Origin: an uncultured Verrucomicrobiae bacterium
Lineage (GTDB): Bacteria; Verrucomicrobiota; Verrucomicrobiia; Chthoniobacterales; JAFAMB01
NCBI GenBank assembly: GCA_963837955.1
Contig: CAWIPH010000002.1
Location: 2,496,001 to 2,560,000 of the forward strand
Reading direction: 5' to 3'
DNA length: 64,000 bases
Shown here: piece after piece, positions 1-10,194 of the stretch
How the letters are laid out: each line of letters starts with the position of its first letter
How positions within the stretch are numbered: position 1 is the stretch's first letter
The notes under the pieces: model-generated
Seen by the model: only the letters and a program-made list of their open reading frames with translations
What the model was told of the DNA's origin: nothing
Databases searched by the model: none
Program-made: the position numbers and the translations under genes

Positions 1-1092
1 TCCTTTGGCGACCCGTTGCTCTGCGCGCCAACGCAGCTCCCTCCTCCTTGACATGAACCCGGAAATTCTGGCCGAAACGTCGCCCGCGGACACCGCGATT
101 ATCACGACGAGACCCTTGGCGACGAACTGCACTTCTGACGGCAGACGGAGCATGTTCATGGCGTTGCCTATCGACCCAAGGAAGAAGACGCCGATCAACG
201 TGCCCACGATGTTGCCCTTGCCGCCTTTCAACGCCGTACCGCCTATGACCACCATGGCTATGGCGTCGATCTCCAGACCTTGCCCCAAGGTGACGATACC
301 GGTGTTGACGCGCGAGAGAAGCATGACTGCGCCAATACCGACCAGAAAGCCCATGATGACGTACACCGAGAGCTTCATGTTCTTGACGTTGATACCTGCC
401 AGGTAGGCTGCGTCAGGGTTGGTCCCAACGGCATAGATCCTTCGACCGTACTTTGTATAGTTCAGAAGCAGTCCGGCAAGCAGCGCGATCAGAAAGAAAA
501 TCAAGACGTAGGGTGGAATGATCAGGTTGAGATGACTGACCGGATCCTTCGCCCCCTGTATCAGGTTACCCTTAAAGAAATCCAGCTCTCCGTTCATGAT
601 CACCTCGCGCGAATTGCAGAGAAGGAGCGCTATTCCCTGAAAGGTGATCATACCACCGAGCGTGACAATGAAGGGCTCCACCTTAGTACGGGAAATGATG
701 TAACCCATCAGGGACTCGAGCACGACAGCGGTCATGACTCCGACCAGAATGGAAGGAACAATCCCGAAGTGCCACTTCGATATTCCCAGCGCGGTCACGA
801 TGGATACGAGAGAAGCCAGCATTCCCACCGAAAGATCGATTCCTCCGGAAATCATGACAATCGTCATGCCGACAGCAATGATTCCCGGTACGCCGACCTG
901 CTGCAGTATGTTCAGCAGGTTCACGGGACTGATGAAGGTGGGAAACCGGCTTCCGCCCCCCATTATCAGTTGCAGAAGAACGATAATGATAACGAACCCG
1001 ACGAAGATCGACAATACCGTCAAATTCTCGTGTCGCTGGAAGAGAGATTTCCGAGCCGCTTGCTTCTGCCCTGTAATCTCCTGACTAATCAT
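1..1092 (-). CDS. sugar ABC transporter permease (RbsC/BPD_transp_2 family), runs off the window edge
   Basis: Manual translation from ATG at 1092 (overlaps stop of the ATPase): MISQEITG...GGIDLSVG...TKYGRRIYAVGTNPDAAYLAGIN...AIAMVVIGGTALKGGKG. Not in the ORF track because it is open at the edge. Confidence 0.9.
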   Translation of the reverse strand, partial: MISQEITGQKQAARKSLFQRHENLTVLSIFVGFVIIIVLLQLIMGGGSRFPTFISPVNLLNILQQVGVPGIIAVGMTIVMISGGIDLSVGMLASLVSIVTALGISKWHFGIVPSILVGVMTAVVLESLMGYIISRTKVEPFIVTLGGMITFQGIALLLCNSREVIMNGELDFFKGNLIQGAKDPVSHLNLIIPPYVLIFFLIALLAGLLLNYTKYGRRIYAVGTNPDAAYLAGINVKNMKLSVYVIMGFLVGIGAVMLLSRVNTGIVTLGQGLEIDAIAMVVIGGTALKGGKGNIVGTLIGVFFLGSIGNAMNMLRLPSEVQFVAKGLVVIIAVSAGDVSARISGFMSRRRELRWRAEQRVAKG

Positions 1093-2573
1093 ATTTCCTT
1101 ATCTCCAATAGAATAGGTCAGGATATTCTCTTCGGAGACCTCGTCGCCGGTCAGTTCGGCCATTTTCTGCCCACTCTTCATAATGATGACCCGGTCACTC
1201 ATGGAGATGACTTCTGGCATGTCCGAGGAGACCATGATGATGGCCTTGCCTTGCTTGAGCAGATCGACCATTACCTTGTAGATCTCCTGCTTTGAGCCCA
1301 CGTCGATGCCCCGCGTCGGCTCGTCAAAAATGTAAATCTCGCCGTTTGTATTGAACCATTTGGCAAGCACTACCTTCTGCTGATTGCCGCCGGAAAGATT
1401 CATGACGCGGGTACGGGAATCATTTGTCCTGATATTGAGCAGCTTGACGAACCGGTCACCAGTCCGGCAGTCATCGGCTTGCCGAACGACGAATTCCCTG
1501 GTGTTCACCAGATTTGCGACGGTGACGTTCTGCGCGATGGACTGAGGCAGGAAAAGACCGGTGTTCTGCCGATCTTCGGTGATGAAACACATCTTGTTCT
1601 TGATCGACGCCTTTGGGTTTGAATGCTTGACGATTTTTCCCTTGATCAAGATTTCGCCGTAGTCCAAACGCGCGCTACCGAATAGGACATTCATGAGCTC
1701 CGAGCGCCCGGAACCTGCCATTCCTGCGATCCCGAGTATTTCGCCCTTTCTGAGAACGAAGGAAATGTTCTCTGCACCGTTGCCAGTCACGTTTCTTGCC
1801 TCAAAGACGACTTCGCCGATCGGCACACTTTCTCTTTGATAAAAGGTGGAAGGATCACGGCCGACCATGTCCTTGATCAGTGTGGTTTTGGTTAAGCCAT
1901 TGAGGCGGTAAGTGCTGACTTTGCGTCCGTCCCGCAATACCGTAACGCGGTCTCCGACCTTAAAGACCTCTTCCAGGTGGTGGGAAATGTAGATGATTCC
2001 CACGCCGCTGTTCTTAATCGTCTGAATAATTTCGAGCAGGTGATCTATCTCCACAGAGGAGAATGACGCCGTCGGTTCGTCGAGGATGATGGCCCTCCTC
2101 TTGAAAACCAGGCCTTTAGCAATCTCGACGGTCTTTTGCTGCCCGCTGCTGAGCTCGTTCATCTTCATGTCGGGGCTCAGGTCACTCTTCAGGTATCTCA
2201 GAACCTCGACGGTCTGTTTCCTCATTTCACTTTGCTGCAGGAACCCCCGTTTCACGATTTCCGATCCGGTAAAGATGTTCTCTACGATGTTCAGATTCTC
2301 GAAGACGACGTGCTCCTGGTATATCGTTTGGATGCCCAAACTCATGGCAAGATGCGGGTTCAGGTTCACCTCTCTCTCGTCAAAGATGACCTCGCCGCCT
2401 TCGTCCGGTTGATATGCCCCCGAAAGAATCTTGATCAGGGTGGACTTACCGGCTCCATTTTCTCCGCAGAGGCAATGCACCTCCCCCTCGTTCAAGTCGA
2501 AAGAGATATTCTGCAGCGCCACCACGCCGGGAAAGGTCTTCGATATATTTCTCAGTTGAAGGATCTGGCTCAT
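1089..2573 (-). CDS. sugar ABC transporter ATP-binding protein, two ABC domains (RbsA/MglA type)
   Basis: Walker A GENGAGKST, LDEPT, LSGGNQQKV, FDEPTRGIDVG. Confidence 0.95.
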   Translation of the reverse strand: MSQILQLRNISKTFPGVVALQNISFDLNEGEVHCLCGENGAGKSTLIKILSGAYQPDEGGEVIFDEREVNLNPHLAMSLGIQTIYQEHVVFENLNIVENIFTGSEIVKRGFLQQSEMRKQTVEVLRYLKSDLSPDMKMNELSSGQQKTVEIAKGLVFKRRAIILDEPTASFSSVEIDHLLEIIQTIKNSGVGIIYISHHLEEVFKVGDRVTVLRDGRKVSTYRLNGLTKTTLIKDMVGRDPSTFYQRESVPIGEVVFEARNVTGNGAENISFVLRKGEILGIAGMAGSGRSELMNVLFGSARLDYGEILIKGKIVKHSNPKASIKNKMCFITEDRQNTGLFLPQSIAQNVTVANLVNTREFVVRQADDCRTGDRFVKLLNIRTNDSRTRVMNLSGGNQQKVVLAKWFNTNGEIYIFDEPTRGIDVGSKQEIYKVMVDLLKQGKAIIMVSSDMPEVISMSDRVIIMKSGQKMAELTGDEVSEENILTYSIGDKEI

Positions 2574-2976
2574 GGGTTCGATAACTGGTGCCGCATCGCT
2601 CGTCGCGGGCCCTTACCATCACCTCCTTTGAACCGTACGTGACACGTACGGACCGCTACTGCGCGTGCAAACCCGACGTCGTCTTGTTCGCGTGGCGCTC
2701 GTCAGCAATTTCTGTCTCCGGGGGGGATATTCAGCCCAACATCCTGAGTCGGCGATGCGATCAGGGATCGAAACTTTGGGGTTTTTCGAGTGGTTTGATC
2801 CAGTCGCTTTTTTCGGATGCTGTCAAGAAAAATGGGGGCGGCGCGCTGGTCTCCGGTTTTATCGCGCGAAGGGAACTAGCGCTATTTTAAACAGGATTCG
2901 AAGAAAATCTAGAGACCGAAGCTAAATCCATTTCCGGAAGGTGGAAAAATTTGTGATATTCCGGTACCGATGAGGA

Positions 2977-3004
2977 TTGAAACCGGATCGGCAAAGTCTA
3001 ATAT
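2977..3004 (+). promoter_or_regulatory. putative sigma70-like promoter TTGAAA-N16-TAATAT (copy of 11226-11253)
   Basis: Sequence conserved with the region upstream of the 11369 gene. Confidence 0.4.
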
Positions 3005-3161
3005 CTAGAGCGGGCGGCGAGTAGCCTTGGGCACAGGGTGGCCAATACGCCGCGGTCAGTTGTGTATCGGACCTCGCCATAGATTCAGAATCCCCCCAAC
3101 TGAAAAATTAAGAACTATCACCGACGAAAAGCCTCTCCGCAGAACCTCCGGTAGAGAGGCG

Positions 3162-3244
3162 ACGAACGACAGTGAACACCGGCGAACGACAGTGAACACA
3201 GCTGGCGTTCGTTCTCGTTCGCTGACGTTCGTTCTCGTTCGCTG
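3162..3244. repeat. 10-bp-periodic palindromic repeat (GCGAACGACA / CGTTCGTTCT arms)
   Basis: Shares identical core CACAGCTGGCGTTCGTTCTCGTTCGCTGACGTTCGTT with 15786-15822. Confidence 0.85.
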
Positions 3245-3349
3245 CCCTTTGCGGCTTAGCAGGCCTGTCCGACGAAGCCTTCGCGGTCGCCACCCCGGGC
3301 GACAAATTTGGCGCAGTTGGAAGCTTCGTCCTACCCTTGATTTCAAGTC

Positions 3350-3514
3350 ATGAATACTTTTCCCAAATTACATAATGCGATGTGGCCCGGCCTGGTTGGT
3401 AAAGGGCCTGGCTCAGAACCCTTCATAGATCTCGATACAATGCTGAATCTCACAGCGGCTTTGCACCGGACAACAGCGCAGACGACTACACCACCGGATG
3501 GTTTAACTTTGTGA
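3350..3514 (+). pseudogene. truncated 5' copy (36 codons) of the TIM-barrel gene at 11369
   Basis: [36 protein letters not shown] vs [36 protein letters not shown], then unrelated sequence and stop at 3514. Confidence 0.9.
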
Positions 3515-3585
3515 ACGACCTCAAATCCATGATCGAGATCGTCCCATCTTGGCAGAAGGCTGTCGCGGATGACGCTGACTGCTAA
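3451..3585 (+). pseudogene. 3' remnant of a probable SRPBCC/AHSA1-like gene
   Basis: [29 protein letters not shown]...*; HSGF and GW..F...LK resemble the SRPBCC C-terminus; no start codon. Confidence 0.5.
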
Positions 3586-3601
3586 AACTTGCTCCCGTCG
3601 T

Positions 3602-4087
3602 TCAGTACACTGAGTTTACTTGGACGGCTTGTCCCTTGAGTATATCGCGCACCTGAGATTTTGTTAATAAGATCGCAATGTTTAGGTCGGCGATAGTCGG
3701 AAAATCGGCGCGATTCACAGTTGCTTTGGCCACAATCTTGTCGGGATCCTGGACCAACGTGACGTCAAACGAGTCGCTAAGCACGTACTTGTCTGGGTCT
3801 TCCTCGCTCGCTTTGGTATCCCACAGCAAGCAAAGAAGCCCGAAATACTTCGCATCGAGGCCCGCGGTTTCTTTGTTCCAGAATTTACTTCCTGTCAGCG
3901 TAATTTTGACTTGGTTCCCGCTAACCTCGATCTTGGTGTCCCCGGATGGATCGCCAGCAGAGAGTTTCCACCGCAGCGCTTCCTCGAACGTTTCGCGATG
4001 GGCTTTTCCTAGGCCGGCATTCTCGCCTTGTCCGTCGGCCGGATGAGTTGCGATTAGCACGAAAAGCGTGATCACGATCCATTTCAT
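3602..4087 (-). CDS. hypothetical exported protein
   Basis: 161 aa, N-terminal signal-peptide-like MKWIVITLFVLIA; start overlaps the upstream stop (ATGA). Confidence 0.7.
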   Translation of the reverse strand: MKWIVITLFVLIATHPADGQGENAGLGKAHRETFEEALRWKLSAGDPSGDTKIEVSGNQVKITLTGSKFWNKETAGLDAKYFGLLCLLWDTKASEEDPDKYVLSDSFDVTLVQDPDKIVAKATVNRADFPTIADLNIAILLTKSQVRDILKGQAVQVNSVY

Positions 4088-5175
4088 GCCTGGGCCAAAT
4101 TCTTGCTGGTTTCTAGATCAAAAAAATGCAGCTTGTCCTGCGCAAACGCAATCTGCACCGGTGCGTTCACCGGTACCCGGGTAGTGGCCGCGGACGTAGC
4201 GCGGATCAAGTGATCGGCGATGCTGATCGTCAAGATCATTTCAACGCCATGGTCTTCAGCACCGTATAACCTTCCTGCGATGTCGCCGCCAGCGATCAGC
4301 TCCACATGCTCCGGGCGAACACCGACACGAACGGAGTTGCGTTTGCCGGCAATCTCGTTGAGCCGCTCACGGATGGTTGGTTGAAGGACGATTTCAAACT
4401 TTTCTGGGACAACAATGAGCTTATCTCCATCAATCGCAGCATCGAATAGGTTGATCGCGGGCGACCCTACAAACGAAGCAACGAAGGTGTTTCGGGGAGA
4501 ATTATAGACTTCGTAGGGCGTACCGACTTGAACCAGCTCTCCATCGCAAAGCACGCCAATGCGATCACCCATTGTCATCGCCTCGACCTGATCGTGAGTG
4601 ACGAAAACCAGCGTCGCCCCTAGCTTCAATTGCAGCTGTCTAAGTTCGGACCGCAACAGCTCGCGCAGTTTTGCATCAACGTTGGAGAGCGGCTCATCCA
4701 TCAGGAATAAGCGCGGCTCACGAACGATTGCCCGGCCGATGGCCACACGCTGCATCTCTCCGCCAGAGAGTCGATCGGTGCGCCGATCCAGCAGATGCGA
4801 AATGCGCAATGTCTCAGCCGCCTTTTGTACCCGGGGGCCAATCTCTTTTGCCGGAAGCTGGCGCAGCTTCGATTTGAGGGGAAATTCGAGGTTCTTGCGC
4901 ACCGTATAGTTCGGGTAAAGCGAATACTGCTGGAAGACGAGAGCGACATCTCGGTTCGCCGCGCTCCAGTCGTTCACCAGGTCTTCGCCGATCCAGACTT
5001 CGCCGCTCTCTGGCTTTTCCAAGCCTGCGATGCAACGCAAGGTCGTGGTCTTTCCAGCGCCGGTCGGACCCAGCAAGACGAAGAATTCTCGATCCTGAAT
5101 ATCGAGCGAAAGATTGCGTAGCGCAGTGACCGCGCCGTAGCTTTTGGAGAGATTCTTCAGAGATAACTTTGCCAC
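4084..5175 (-). CDS. carbohydrate ABC transporter ATP-binding protein (MalK/UgpC type)
   Basis: GPTGAGKTT, LSGGEMQRVAIGRA, MDEP, VTHDQVEAM. Confidence 0.95.
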   Translation of the reverse strand: MAKLSLKNLSKSYGAVTALRNLSLDIQDREFFVLLGPTGAGKTTTLRCIAGLEKPESGEVWIGEDLVNDWSAANRDVALVFQQYSLYPNYTVRKNLEFPLKSKLRQLPAKEIGPRVQKAAETLRISHLLDRRTDRLSGGEMQRVAIGRAIVREPRLFLMDEPLSNVDAKLRELLRSELRQLQLKLGATLVFVTHDQVEAMTMGDRIGVLCDGELVQVGTPYEVYNSPRNTFVASFVGSPAINLFDAAIDGDKLIVVPEKFEIVLQPTIRERLNEIAGKRNSVRVGVRPEHVELIAGGDIAGRLYGAEDHGVEMILTISIADHLIRATSAATTRVPVNAPVQIAFAQDKLHFFDLETSKNLAQA

Positions 5176-5180
5176 TTTGA

Positions 5181-6284
5181 TTATAGCTCTCTGTTCAACA
5201 CAAGGCCGCTGTTCTTATCGAAGAAATGCGTCCGGGCTTCGTCCAGTTGCACCCAGACCGGTTCGTGGAGCCGAGTCACAAAGCGGCTCGCCGTGCGGGC
5301 TCGGATCACAGCCTTCCCGATGCCGATATCCAGGATGTCGTAAGCGCCTAGCGGCTCGATCAAATGAACCTCTCCCGGTACATAACCGGGCTGCTCGGCT
5401 CGCTCGACCAGCACCGCCTCGGGCCTCACACCCAGCGCAATATCGGCGGGCTGGGCTGCGGCGACGCGCCGGTATACTTCGCCACCAAATTGGAACGGAG
5501 ATTCCATTCCATCGAAACGCACCTTGGTCGTCGAATCTGACGCTTCGACCCGGCAATTGACCACATTCATGATCGGGCTACCAACGAACTGCGCCACGAA
5601 CAGGTTAGCGGGCCATGAGTACACCTCCATTGGACTGCCAACCTGCTGCAACACACCCTCGTTCATGATTGCGATCCGATCGGCCATGGACATGGCTTCC
5701 ACCTGATCGTGAGTAACATAGATGGTGGTAGACTTGTTTTCGATATGCAGGCGACGTAGCTCAACCCGCATTTCTTCACGCAATTTCGCGTCCAGCGCGC
5801 CAATGGGTTCGTCCATCAGGATAGCTTTCGGTCGCCGGACTAAGGCGCGTCCAATAGTCACCCGCTGCATATCACCGCCCGCCAACGTGGATGGCCTTTT
5901 GTTCAACAAGTGCTCGATCCGCAAAACCTTGGCGACACTCTTTACTTTCTCGCGAACTTCCTTGTCGCTCATCCGGAAGGCGCGCAGCGGAAACGCAATA
6001 TTTTCAAACGCTGTCATGTGCGGATAGAGCGAGTAAAGCTGGAAAACGAAAGCGATATCACGCTCGCTCGCCGGCAACGATTCGACCGGTTTTCCGTCGA
6101 TGCGGATTTCACCAGTATCGATTTCTTCCAGTCCGGCGATGGCGCGTAGCGTCGTCGTTTTGCCGCAGCCGGAGGGTCCGAGGAGGACAACAAATTCGCC
6201 GTGGTTAATTCGTAAATTGAGCTTTCGGATAACCCAGTTCGTTCCGAAGTGCTTTTCGACGTCAATGAGATCTAGCTCGGCCAC
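5181..6284 (-). CDS. carbohydrate ABC transporter ATP-binding protein (MalK/UgpC type)
   Basis: GPSGCGKTT, MDEP, VTHDQVEAM. Confidence 0.95.
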   Translation of the reverse strand: MAELDLIDVEKHFGTNWVIRKLNLRINHGEFVVLLGPSGCGKTTTLRAIAGLEEIDTGEIRIDGKPVESLPASERDIAFVFQLYSLYPHMTAFENIAFPLRAFRMSDKEVREKVKSVAKVLRIEHLLNKRPSTLAGGDMQRVTIGRALVRRPKAILMDEPIGALDAKLREEMRVELRRLHIENKSTTIYVTHDQVEAMSMADRIAIMNEGVLQQVGSPMEVYSWPANLFVAQFVGSPIMNVVNCRVEASDSTTKVRFDGMESPFQFGGEVYRRVAAAQPADIALGVRPEAVLVERAEQPGYVPGEVHLIEPLGAYDILDIGIGKAVIRARTASRFVTRLHEPVWVQLDEARTHFFDKNSGLVLNREL

Positions 6285-6306
6285 AGTGCGATGCTTGTCT
6301 TGGTTG

Positions 6307-6516
6307 TCAGTGCGTGGACGAGCGCTCCAACCGGGGCGTTTGCTGCGTCTTTGGCGGACTGATCCGGGAAAAGATATTGAACAGGATTAGACCCACCAGA
6401 ATGATCGTCGCACCGTAGCTGTGTAGAAGCAGGTTCCATGGTTGGCAAAGGGCGATTACCCCAAATATCATCACCAGCATGGACAGCAGCTCAAGTCTTC
6501 TGGCATAGCGTCTCAT
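6307..6516 (-). CDS. small two-TM membrane protein within the ABC operon
   Basis: 69 aa, two hydrophobic helices, co-oriented between permease and ATPase. Confidence 0.7.
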   Translation of the reverse strand: MRRYARRLELLSMLVMIFGVIALCQPWNLLLHSYGATIILVGLILFNIFSRISPPKTQQTPRLERSSTH

Positions 6517-6527
6517 CGCAAGTCTCT

Positions 6528-7487
6528 TTATTTTCTCACTGCGCCGAAGGTGACTCCGCGCAACAGATGATTGCGCAATAGGAATGTGAATATCATTACT
6601 GGGAGGAGAAACAGGACAGCCCCGGCCGCAATCGTCGTCCAGTCCGTCAGACCTGATCCGAGCTGGGACGGGATATAGGGGGGTGCGGTTTGGGCCTTCC
6701 TTAGGGTCATGATGAGTGCGAATGCATATTCATTCCAAGCCGTGATGAAACAGAACACTGCCGTCGCTGCAATCCCGGTTACAGCCTGGGGCAACACGAT
6801 CTTAAAAAATGCTTCCATGCGGGTATAGCCGTCGACCAGCGCAGCTTCCTCATACTCCATCGGAATCTCATCGATAAAGCCTTTCATCACCCAGACTGAG
6901 AAAGACAGATTGAATGCAGTGTAGAGGATGATCAGCCCGATATGGGTGTCGACCAATGCAACCGTGCGATACATGAGGTACATTGGGATAGCCACCACTA
7001 CTGGAGGCAACATGCGGGTGGAGAGAATAAAGAACAGCCAGTCCGACTCCCCTGGCATTTTGAAGCGAGAAAATCCATAGGCGGTAACTGTTCCCATGGC
7101 CACGGCCAAAAAAGTGCTCGTCACGGCGATGATAAGGCTGTTGGTGAACCGGCCGACATAACCGGAGCTTTCGATGTTGCCCTTATCGTCCCGAATAAAG
7201 CGCTCGCCTCCATCCATAACGAGCTTTTCCCACCATGGCGCCTTGGCATACTCCTCCTTATTTGGCGCACCTCGCCTTTCCACCCGTGCCGTGAAGAGTT
7301 TGATGAAAGCAGTGATCTCCGGCTTGAAGAAGACGGTCGGCGGCACGGTGGTAGCTTCGGCCCGCGGCTTGAATGCGGTCGAACCAATCCAGTAGAGCGG
7401 GATCATCGTGATTACCAGTGCAGCAAGCACCAAAGCGATCGCGATGCGGTCCCAGAGGCGGTGCATTTTTGATTGAACTGCCCCCAT
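6528..7487 (-). CDS. carbohydrate ABC transporter permease (MalG type)
   Basis: EAA loop EEAALVDG, AWNEY. Confidence 0.95.
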   Translation of the reverse strand: MGAVQSKMHRLWDRIAIALVLAALVITMIPLYWIGSTAFKPRAEATTVPPTVFFKPEITAFIKLFTARVERRGAPNKEEYAKAPWWEKLVMDGGERFIRDDKGNIESSGYVGRFTNSLIIAVTSTFLAVAMGTVTAYGFSRFKMPGESDWLFFILSTRMLPPVVVAIPMYLMYRTVALVDTHIGLIILYTAFNLSFSVWVMKGFIDEIPMEYEEAALVDGYTRMEAFFKIVLPQAVTGIAATAVFCFITAWNEYAFALIMTLRKAQTAPPYIPSQLGSGLTDWTTIAAGAVLFLLPVMIFTFLLRNHLLRGVTFGAVRK

Positions 7488-7490
7488 GTT

Positions 7491-8384
7491 CTAGCGCTCC
7501 TTGAGCCTGTTCAGATACTTTATGTAGATCGTGGTGATCGCAAGCACCGCCAACAACACGATGTAAGCAAGGGCACAGGAACGGCCCGTCTGCCACTCCT
7601 GAAATGCCAGCTTATAGAGTCTGATCGAAACCAGTTCGGTTTCCTCCAAACTCGCCATGATGAACGCGATGTCGAACGTCTTGAACGCCTCCATCGTGCG
7701 AAAGATGATGGCAATCAATAAAAGCGGTGCGACGAGAGGTAGAGTGATACGCCTGAACACAAACCAGGGCGGCGCGCGGTCGATGGCCGCTGCCTCGTAA
7801 AGGGAAGAGGGAATAGCTGAAAGTCCGGCCAGGCACAGTAGCATCACGAACGGTGACCACATCCAGATATCCGTGATTGCGATCGCATAGAGGGCTACGT
7901 CGGGGTTGGAGAGCCATTCCATTTTCTCCAGACCGAGAAGATAGTTCACGATTCCCCAGGACGGATTGTAGAGTAACTGCCAGAACAACCCCACCACTGC
8001 CGCCGACATCATCATGGGCAGCAGCAATATGGTCGTTAGCAGGCCTTTACCCGGGATGGGACGGTTGAGCAACAGGGCAAGACCAAAGCCCACTATCACC
8101 TGCCCAGCAACGGATATGACCACGTACTTAGCTGTAATCGTGAAGTTGTTCCAGATCCCATCATCGGTCAGCAACTCCTGGTAGTTCTGCAGGCCGATGA
8201 AGTTGGCCGGCCGGTTGCTTGCTGCGCGATAGTCAGTGAACGAAAAGCCGAGCGAATAGAGCAAGGGAAAGATGTTGAAGACAATCAAGAAAGCGATCGT
8301 CGGAATGATGAACCAGTTACGGATCGCTAGATCTGACATCCCCTGACTTGCCAGCGACGATCCTCTGGTTTGAGCCCTATGCAT
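7491..8384 (-). CDS. carbohydrate ABC transporter permease (MalF type)
   Basis: FIGLQNY, YEAAAIDRA, FRRITLP. Confidence 0.95.
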   Translation of the reverse strand: MHRAQTRGSSLASQGMSDLAIRNWFIIPTIAFLIVFNIFPLLYSLGFSFTDYRAASNRPANFIGLQNYQELLTDDGIWNNFTITAKYVVISVAGQVIVGFGLALLLNRPIPGKGLLTTILLLPMMMSAAVVGLFWQLLYNPSWGIVNYLLGLEKMEWLSNPDVALYAIAITDIWMWSPFVMLLCLAGLSAIPSSLYEAAAIDRAPPWFVFRRITLPLVAPLLLIAIIFRTMEAFKTFDIAFIMASLEETELVSIRLYKLAFQEWQTGRSCALAYIVLLAVLAITTIYIKYLNRLKER

Positions 8385-8451
8385 TTATTGAGCGGCTAAT
8401 CGTAGGAAGTGTATGCGGCGGTGAACGCATACCGACTACAAAAGCAGGAAG

Positions 8452-8482
8452 GTCGCGCGGGAGCGTTTCGCTCCCGCGTGAC
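8452..8482 (-). terminator. GC-rich stem-loop after the substrate-binding protein gene (terminator or mRNA stabiliser)
   Basis: GTCGCGCGGGAGCG-TTT-CGCTCCCGCGTGAC. Confidence 0.55.
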
Positions 8483-8490
8483 GAAATCCA

Positions 8491-9804
8491 TCATTTCAGA
8501 AGATTTGCTTTCTTAAGGATGGCTTCCCAATCCTTCATCAGCGCATTCTGTACGTCTTGGGCTGTCCCGCCTTTATTGGCAACGATGTATGGGTGCCAAC
8601 GTTTTTGGGCCGTCGAGAGCATCTCGGCGTATTCGGGAATCGTCCAGAAGTCCTTCACCATCTGCATCGATTCATAGAAGGCCTCGTTGTAAGGCGTAGC
8701 CTTGCGGAACTCCTCAGACGCCAGAATCTTCGCATCGCAGGTATAGCCTCCTAGTTCGCCCCACTTCTTCTGCACGTCCTGGCGAATGAACCACTCGCAA
8801 AACTTGAAGCATTGATCGCGCTTCTTAGAGTAACTGACAATCGAAAGCCCTTGTCCGCCCAAAGCAGCGAAGCGCTTGCCGGTAGGACCGGCAGGCATAG
8901 AGAAATAGCCGGTGGCCTTGGCGTATTTGTTGGTGGCTTCATTGGCCAGCGCCGGGAAAAAAGCAAAGAAATTCATGCTCATCGCCACCTGGCCATTAGT
9001 GAACGCCTGGTTCGCTTCCAGGAAGAACGTCTTACTCCAGTCGGGCGGACAGAATCCGTAGAGTTCCTTGTACAATTTGAGCCCTTCGACCGCTTCCTTT
9101 GAGTTGGTGATGCCCTCTACCTGATTGGTGGCGTAATCGCCCATGTCACCCCCATAGCCAAAGATCGTGTTCATGATGCCCATCACCAGCGCATCGTATG
9201 AATTATCCGTGTAGACCGTGCAACCGTAGCGCTTCTCCTTCGGTCGATAGAAGAACTCGGCGATGTCGCGCAGCTGTTTCCAGGTTTTGGGCACATCCAG
9301 CTCGTAGCCATATTTGGCTTTGAACGCCGCCTTCTCCTTTGGATCTTCAAACCAGTCCTTGCGATAGGCCCATCCGTTCGCATCTCCTTCCAGAGGGATT
9401 CCCCAGTAATGGCCGCTCTTTCCCGGATATTCCGCGTAACCGACGACCGTCGCTTTTGCCATTTTGTTGACGACGTCATTCTTCTTGAAAAAATCGGTCA
9501 GTTCGACGTAATGCCCTGCGGTCGAACCCGCGCCAAGCCACTGCGAGTCTCCGACCACCATGTCGTAAGCATCGCCATGGGCATTCCATTCGGTGAACGC
9601 CTTGGTCTGGAAATCGGCCCACGGAGTGGTTTCCACCACCACCTCCACGCCGGTCTCTTTTTGATAATCTTTGACTAACTCCTGCAGATAGTTAGCCGGA
9701 TCCCATTGCGCCCATAGGATCGTAAGTTTTTCTGCTCCGTAACTGGCCGTGCTAAGGGCCAAAAGCACGGTAGCGCCTACTGACTTGAGAAGCCACCTGA
9801 TCAT
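8491..9804 (-). CDS. sugar ABC transporter substrate-binding protein
   Basis: Signal peptide MIRWLLKSVG...ASYG, YRKDWF, PKTW motifs; start placed at ATG 9804. Confidence 0.93.
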   Translation of the reverse strand: MIRWLLKSVGATVLLALSTASYGAEKLTILWAQWDPANYLQELVKDYQKETGVEVVVETTPWADFQTKAFTEWNAHGDAYDMVVGDSQWLGAGSTAGHYVELTDFFKKNDVVNKMAKATVVGYAEYPGKSGHYWGIPLEGDANGWAYRKDWFEDPKEKAAFKAKYGYELDVPKTWKQLRDIAEFFYRPKEKRYGCTVYTDNSYDALVMGIMNTIFGYGGDMGDYATNQVEGITNSKEAVEGLKLYKELYGFCPPDWSKTFFLEANQAFTNGQVAMSMNFFAFFPALANEATNKYAKATGYFSMPAGPTGKRFAALGGQGLSIVSYSKKRDQCFKFCEWFIRQDVQKKWGELGGYTCDAKILASEEFRKATPYNEAFYESMQMVKDFWTIPEYAEMLSTAQKRWHPYIVANKGGTAQDVQNALMKDWEAILKKANLLK

Positions 9805-9888
9805 GTCGCCTCGTTCTTTAGATATTGTTTGGGGGGTAAAAAAAAGTCCGACCTCGGTCGCTAGACCGAATACCGGCCGGACCAAATT

Positions 9889-9917
9889 AGACTAGAAATC
9901 TAGCAAAACAGTGTCAA
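9889..9917 (-). promoter_or_regulatory. sigma70-type promoter TTGACA-N17-TAGTCT
   Basis: Perfect -35 with 17-bp spacer, 85 bp upstream of the SBP start. Confidence 0.65.
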
Positions 9918-10194
9918 GAAGCGAGTGGTTTTGACCCTGGCTAGCGTCGGGAAATCGGCGCGCTTCACGAGCGCTGGGCCAGGAGTTCTCTTTGCCGTTG
10001 CTTGCCTCGGACCGGTATTGGCCTGGATCGAGTCCAGCTTTCGGCATGGACTGGACCGGTCATCATTTCATCATTCTGGACGTACGCACCGCAGCTCGCA
10101 AAGCGGAGGTAACCTGTCGAGAGGGTTGGCGTTTTTCCTATTAGATCAGCTAGCTGCCGTTCAGCTCAGCTTTCAATTCCGACAGGCTGCTAGT

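Noticed and set aside
280..1116. 278-aa + strand ORF (likewise 44590-45420, 56311-57222, 62913-63767 on -)
   Set aside because: Antisense shadows of well-supported genes on the opposite strand.
2968..3004. SigG-type promoter at CGATGA (also 11217)
   Set aside because: Spacing to GTC is 22 rather than 18; a sigma70-like reading fits better.
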